From Myxococcota bacterium (GTDB lineage: Bacteria > Myxococcota_A > UBA796 > CAJQPC01), in NCBI GenBank assembly GCA_036229005.1, contig JAZAMN010000008.1, positions 64,001 through 128,000 of the forward strand: a stretch of DNA of 64,000 nt, given 5' to 3'. Position numbers and translations under genes: made by a program. The notes below the pieces were generated by a model. It was not told the DNA's origin, searched no databases, and saw nothing but the letters and a program-made list of their open reading frames with translations. Positions 59,506 to 64,000 of this stretch are shown piece by piece (positions within the stretch are counted from its first letter, which is position 1; every line of letters starts with the position of its first letter).

Positions 59506-60171
59506 TCAGCCCTCAGCTCGCCGCACCATCTCCCCGATCCACGCCGGCGCATAAGGCGAGGTGCAGCCCTTGCTGACCGGGTAGTCGCGGTAGACGCCCA
59601 GGGCCTCGCCGATGGCCAGGGCGCGGGCGCGGTGCTCGGGGAGGTTGATGCCGATCTGCGCCAGGGTGTTGTTCATGGTCCACTGGACTGGCGCCGGGGC
59701 GCTGCCCATCTCGGCTTCGATGCGGTCCAGGAGCGCGTCCGTCTCCAAGCCCTCGGGGGCCTTCTGGGCGCGCTGGGCGCTCAGGTGCCAGCCGGCGCGG
59801 GCCACCCAGGGGTGGGCGCTGTCCATCCAGGTCTGCCGGCGCTGCTCGCGTTGGGGGTGCTTGCCCACCAGGTAGTTGTTCAGCCAACTGGCCACCTGCT
59901 CGCAGTCGCAGCTCTGCAGCATGGCCTCCAGCGCCTCCAGGCTGCGGTCCTTGGGGCGGACGATCAGGATGGCCAGCAGGCGGGCGTCCAGGTTGCCGGT
60001 GGCCCAGAGCTGCTCGGCCAGCTCGGGCTCGCGCTTGATCTCCTTGGCCAGCTTGCGGATCGCGCCCAGGGGCACGCCGAACTGCGCCTGGGCGCCGCCG
60101 CGGATCTTGACGTTGAGCATCTTGGGGTCCGCCAGGGACTCCAGGCGGGCGAGGGACTGGGAGAGGGTCAT
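59506..60171 (-). CDS. DNA alkylation repair protein (AlkD-like HEAT-repeat family)
   Basis: FGVPLGAIRKLAKEIK, LAEQLWATGNLDARLLA, VQWTMNNTL, GCTSPYAP.WI. Confidence 0.85.
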   Translation of the reverse strand: MTLSQSLARLESLADPKMLNVKIRGGAQAQFGVPLGAIRKLAKEIKREPELAEQLWATGNLDARLLAILIVRPKDRSLEALEAMLQSCDCEQVASWLNNYLVGKHPQREQRRQTWMDSAHPWVARAGWHLSAQRAQKAPEGLETDALLDRIEAEMGSAPAPVQWTMNNTLAQIGINLPEHRARALAIGEALGVYRDYPVSKGCTSPYAPAWIGEMVRRAEG

Positions 60172-60177
60172 GGGGCC

Positions 60178-61197
60178 TCAGTGCTCGTGGCGGTGGTGCA
60201 GGTCGGGGCTGTGGGCGTGGCTGTGCGCCTTGGGGGCGTGGGCGTGCTCGTGGCTGTGCCAGCCGGCCACCGGCGGGTCGTGGGTGTGGTCGTGGTGGTC
60301 GTCGTCGTGGCGGTGCCGGTGGGTGTGGGTCAGGGCGTGGTGGTGGTGGTCGTGGGCGTGCTGCTGGGCGAAGAGCAGGGCCAAGGAGCCGATGAGCACG
60401 CCGCCGGCGGCCAGGTGCTGCCAGAGGAGGGCCTCGCTGAGCAGGAGCAGGCTGGCGATGGCGCCCAGGAAGGGGGCGGTGGAGAAGGCGAGCTGGCTGC
60501 GGGTGGCGCCGAGCTGCTGGGCGCCGGTGATGTAGAGGACCAGGGACAGGCCGTAGCCGACCGCGCCGATGCCCAGGAGCAGGGCGACGGTGCTCCAGGC
60601 GGGGAGCTGCTGGGAGAAGAGCAGGCCCAGGCCCAGGTTCACGCTGCCGGCGACGGCGCCCTTGGCGAAGGTGGACTGGGCGGGGGTGAAGCGGTCGATC
60701 GTGGCGGTGAGGTTGTTGTCCAGGCCCCAGCACAGGCAGGCGGCGGCGACCAGGGCAGCGGCGGGCGCGGCGGAGAAGCCGTCCTCGGCGGCCAGGAGCA
60801 CGCCGCCGGCCAGGACGCCGGCGCAGGCGAGCCACTCCCAGCGGCCCATGTTCTCCTTGAAGAAGAGCACCGCGAGCACGGCCGTGGCGACGGTCTCCAG
60901 GTTGAGCCACAGGCTGATCGAGGCGCCGGAGCCCAGGGTCATGGCGGTCACCAGGGCGGCCGGTCCGAGCACGCCGCCAAAGAGCACGGCGCCGCCCAGG
61001 CGAGCCCACTCCTTGCGCGGGGGGCGCAGGTCCTGCTCGGGCTTGGGGCGGGCGAAGGGCAGGGCCCCCAACGCGGCGCCCAGGTAGAGCAGGCCGGCCA
61101 CGACCAGGGGCCCGGACTGGGGAAGCAGGGCCTTGGTCGCGGGCACCGTCAGCCCGAAGAGCAGGGCGGCGGCCAGGCATTGGATCAGGGGCAGCAT
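60178..61197 (-). CDS. DMT/EamA transporter with His-rich C-terminal tail
   Basis: AALLFG, AGLLYLGA, LNLE, WGLDNN, GYGLSL; tail HAHDHHHH...PDLHHRHEH. Confidence 0.88.
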   Translation of the reverse strand: MLPLIQCLAAALLFGLTVPATKALLPQSGPLVVAGLLYLGAALGALPFARPKPEQDLRPPRKEWARLGGAVLFGGVLGPAALVTAMTLGSGASISLWLNLETVATAVLAVLFFKENMGRWEWLACAGVLAGGVLLAAEDGFSAAPAAALVAAACLCWGLDNNLTATIDRFTPAQSTFAKGAVAGSVNLGLGLLFSQQLPAWSTVALLLGIGAVGYGLSLVLYITGAQQLGATRSQLAFSTAPFLGAIASLLLLSEALLWQHLAAGGVLIGSLALLFAQQHAHDHHHHALTHTHRHRHDDDHHDHTHDPPVAGWHSHEHAHAPKAHSHAHSPDLHHRHEH

Positions 61198-61265
61198 GTC
61201 CTCGCCTTAGCCGATTGGTGTCAGGGTGTGTGCGCACCGGGGGGCCTGGGAGATAGGGGCGGGGC

Positions 61266-62363
61266 ATGGGAAGCACCACTGGCCGTCTCTTCACTCTGAC
61301 CACCTTCGGCGAGAGCCACGGGGGCGGCCTGGGCGCCGTGATCCAGGGCTGTCCTCCGGGCATTGCGCTGGATGTCGCCGCGATCCAACGAGACCTGGAC
61401 CGGCGCCGTCCGGGGCAGTCCAGCCTGAGCACGCAGCGCAAGGAGGCCGACCAGGTCGAGATCTTGAGCGGCGTGTTCGAGGGGCGCACCCTGGGCTCGC
61501 CGATCGGGATGGTGATTCGGAACAAGGACGCGGACCCGCGGGCGTATGCGCCCTTCAAGCACCTGTATCGACCCAGCCACGCCGACTACACCACGGACGC
61601 CCGGTACGGGCTGAGGGCTTGGGCAGGGGGAGGGAGGTCCTCGGCGCGCGAGACCGCCGCCCGTGTCGCTGGGGGTGCCGTAGCCAAGCAGGTCCTCGCC
61701 GCTCTGGGTGCCGGCGAGGTCATCGCTTGGGTCGACCGCGTCGGCGACATCCAGGCCGATGTGGACCCTCTGACGCTGACCCTGGAGCAGGTCGAGGCCA
61801 ACGCCGTGCGCTGCCCGGACCCGCAGGCCGCCGCCGCGATGGAGGCCCGCATCAAGCAGGTGCGCTCCAAGGGCGACAGCATCGGCGGGGTCGTGCGCTG
61901 CGTGGCGCGCGGGGTGCCGGCTGGGCTGGGCGACCCGGTGTTCGACAAGCTGGAGGCCGAGCTGGCCAAGGCCATGCTTTCGCTTCCGGCGGCCAAGGGC
62001 TTCGAGTCGGGGGCGGGCTTCGCCGCGGCGTCGATGCTGGGCAGCGAGCACAACGACCCCTTCGAGCCCGACGGGCAGGGCGGCGTGCGCACCCGGACCA
62101 ACCACTCCGGCGGGATCCAGGGGGGCATCTCGAACGGGATGCCCATCACGCTCTCCGTGGCCTTCAAGCCCGTGGCGACCATCTTCACGCCCCAGGACAC
62201 GGTGGACCAGGACGGCAACGCGGCAGTCATCAAGCCGCGCGGCCGCCACGACCCCTGCCCGGTGCCGCGGGCGGTGCCGATGGTGGAGGCGGGCGTGGCC
62301 TTGGTGTTGGCGGACCACCTGCTGCGCCTGCGGGGGCAGACGGGGAGGCTGGGGCCGGCGTAG
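61266..62363 (+). CDS. aroC: chorismate synthase
   Basis: [50 protein letters not shown]. Confidence 0.98.
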   Translation: MGSTTGRLFTLTTFGESHGGGLGAVIQGCPPGIALDVAAIQRDLDRRRPGQSSLSTQRKEADQVEILSGVFEGRTLGSPIGMVIRNKDADPRAYAPFKHLYRPSHADYTTDARYGLRAWAGGGRSSARETAARVAGGAVAKQVLAALGAGEVIAWVDRVGDIQADVDPLTLTLEQVEANAVRCPDPQAAAAMEARIKQVRSKGDSIGGVVRCVARGVPAGLGDPVFDKLEAELAKAMLSLPAAKGFESGAGFAAASMLGSEHNDPFEPDGQGGVRTRTNHSGGIQGGISNGMPITLSVAFKPVATIFTPQDTVDQDGNAAVIKPRGRHDPCPVPRAVPMVEAGVALVLADHLLRLRGQTGRLGPA

Positions 62364-62605
62364 GCGGGTTCGCGCGCTCGGAGACCGGCGATGACGGGGT
62401 GGGACGCAGGCCGGCGGGAGGTTCGCGGCGACCGAAGACCGGGAACCGGCGATGACACTGGAGGTGGCGTTGATGGGGTGGTGGCAGCCTGCAGGATGGG
62501 CGGCTCGGGGAGGGCCCGCGACTGGGGCACGGAGGGCGTTGGCGGCCCGGGCCGGCGTGATGCCTGAGATCTGACCTCTGAGACCTGACTCCCGACCCCG
62601 TCACC

Positions 62606-62905
62606 GCGCAATTGGGGTCGAACGCAACAAGGCCCCGCGCAATTGGGGTCGAACGCAACAAGGCCCCGCGCAAGTGGGGTCGAACGCAACGAGCCACTGC
62701 GCAAGTGGGGTCGAACGCAACGAGCCACTGCGCAAGTGGCTCTGAACGCAACGAGCCACTGCGCAAGTGGCTCTGAACGCAACGAGCTGCCCTGAGTCCA
62801 GCGACTTCCGGGGCCCTGCTGTTGCGTTCGCCAGGACTTGCGCAGCCCGCTGTTGCGTTCGCCAGGACTTGCGCAGCCCGCTGTTGCGTTCACCCGCCCT
62901 TGCGC
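62606..62905. repeat. inverted 31-bp-period array element, family 2 (6+3 units)
   Basis: GCGCAA-N8-GAACGCAAC at 62606/62637/62668/62699/62730/62761; 37-bp core; GTTGCGTTC-N8-TTGCGC at 62821/62852/62883. Confidence 0.95.
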
Positions 62906-62909
62906 GCCC

Positions 62910-63581
62910 TCACCCCATCCAGGCCAGCCCCTCGCGCAGCGCCTCGCGTCCGCCCTGCTCGACGATCTCGCCGTGGTTCATCACCAGGCGGTCCCACTCC
63001 AGCTCGGTGAGGGCCCGGGCCGCCTGTACAAAGGCGGCGAAGTCCTCCTTCACGAACACCCACTTGAGGCTGCGCGAGGCCGACAGGCACTGGTGACAGC
63101 CCACCAGGCGCATCACCCAGGGCGTGGCCCAGCCGCGGGTCTGCCGCAGGTTGAACACCAGGTCGGTGACCACCAGGGTGCCGCTCGCGGGGTGCAGGAA
63201 CACGGTCTCGTTGAGCTTGGGGCCGCTGGGCAAGGGGATGGCCCGGAGCCCCGGCACGTCGAACCCGGCGTCCAACACCCGGTCGACCCCCAGGCCGGTC
63301 TTCTCGCGCAGGCCGGGCGCGCCCCAGAGCACGGCGTCGGGGAAGGCGGCCTTGGCGTCGGCTGCGTAGAGGTGGTGGACCAGGTTGGGCGCGACGATGT
63401 GGCCCACCTCTCCGAGCTCCGCGAGCTGCGCCCGCGCCCCTTCATCCAGCGGGACCGGGCTGTGCAGCACCAGCGAGGCGTCCGCAGCGCGGAGCACCGT
63501 CATGCGCCCCGAGAAGCAGACGCCGCCGGGCATCCAGGTGTCGTGCGGCAGCTCCCAGAGCCCCTCGTTGATGCGCTCCAT
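62910..63581 (-). CDS. DUF4336-like protein
   Basis: RMTVLR, LHSPV, IVAPNLVHHLY, ETVFLHPASGTLVVTDLVFN, MNHG. Confidence 0.8.
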   Translation of the reverse strand: MERINEGLWELPHDTWMPGGVCFSGRMTVLRAADASLVLHSPVPLDEGARAQLAELGEVGHIVAPNLVHHLYAADAKAAFPDAVLWGAPGLREKTGLGVDRVLDAGFDVPGLRAIPLPSGPKLNETVFLHPASGTLVVTDLVFNLRQTRGWATPWVMRLVGCHQCLSASRSLKWVFVKEDFAAFVQAARALTELEWDRLVMNHGEIVEQGGREALREGLAWMG

Positions 63582-63593
63582 GTGGACCTCAAG

Positions 63594-63640
63594 TTGGTCA
63601 AGTAAGCCTTGCCAATTTTGGTCAGGTATACTTGACCAAA
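63594..63640. promoter_or_regulatory. tandem palindromic operators, probably for the adjacent MarR
   Basis: TTTGGTCAGGTATACTTGACCAAA (63617-63640, near-perfect dyad), a weaker TTGGTCAAGTAAGCCTTGCCAA (63594-63615) and a half-site TGGTCAAG at about 63648. Confidence 0.7.
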
Positions 63641-63654
63641 GCTGGAATGGTCAA

Positions 63655-64000
63655 GTGAGCCGTATAAAAAATCCCCAGGACCTGGAAGACGCCAAGGCCG
63701 CCAGCCTGGGCCAGGTGTTGTTCCGCAGCGCCCGCCTGCTCAACGACATGGGCGTGGAGCGGCTGCAGCGTGACGCGCCCCAGGTACGTCGGGCGCACAC
63801 CCGCCTGCTGCCGCACCTGGACTTCCGGGGGATCCGCCTGACGGAGCTCGCGGCCCGTCTGGAGGTCAGCAAGCAGGCCGCCGGCCAGCTGGTCGATGAG
63901 CTGCAGCAGATGGGCATGGTCGAGCGCGTGCCCGACCCCAGCGATGGCCGCGCGCGGCTGATCCGCTTCTCGCAGGCGGGACACCAAGGCCTGCTGCGGG
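63655..64000 (+). CDS. MarR-family regulator, partial (runs off window end)
   Basis: My translation from GTG 63655: ...HTRLLPHLDFRGIRLTELAARLEVSKQAAGQLVDELQQMGMVERVPDPSDGRARLI. Confidence 0.88.
   Translation, partial: MSRIKNPQDLEDAKAASLGQVLFRSARLLNDMGVERLQRDAPQVRRAHTRLLPHLDFRGIRLTELAARLEVSKQAAGQLVDELQQMGMVERVPDPSDGRARLIRFSQAGHQGLLR

Overview
This is a high-GC bacterial chromosome segment, probably Myxococcota-like (inferred from MYXO-CTERM-like tails and the EF-G subtype). It holds about 55 CDS, including housekeeping genes (lspA x2, lgt, comEC, uvrB, fusA, psd, aroC), signalling proteins and many exported or lipoproteins. No rRNA, tRNA, CRISPR array or transposase was recognised. Most notable observations: (1) a ~1.6-kb stretch with no credible ORF (about 33313-34925), bracketed by a well-formed sigma-54 promoter and a strong terminator and rich in GNRA/UUCG tetraloop hairpins on the + strand, which is a candidate giant structured ncRNA I cannot assign to a known class; (2) pervasive ultra-short, uncharged lipoprotein signal peptides (MLLLLLAC type), in a window that also carries a two-LspA/Lgt operon; (3) three intergenic elements made of inverted arrays of bipartite motifs with an exact 31-bp period, in two unrelated sequence families; (4) an operon joining a lipoprotein dikinase (His-swivel + ATP-grasp), a VTC polyphosphate polymerase domain, a DUF4956-like protein and a DUF2490-like protein; (5) a HigB-HigA-SecB toxin-antitoxin-chaperone module. 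All family calls come from recognising motifs by eye; no database search was run.
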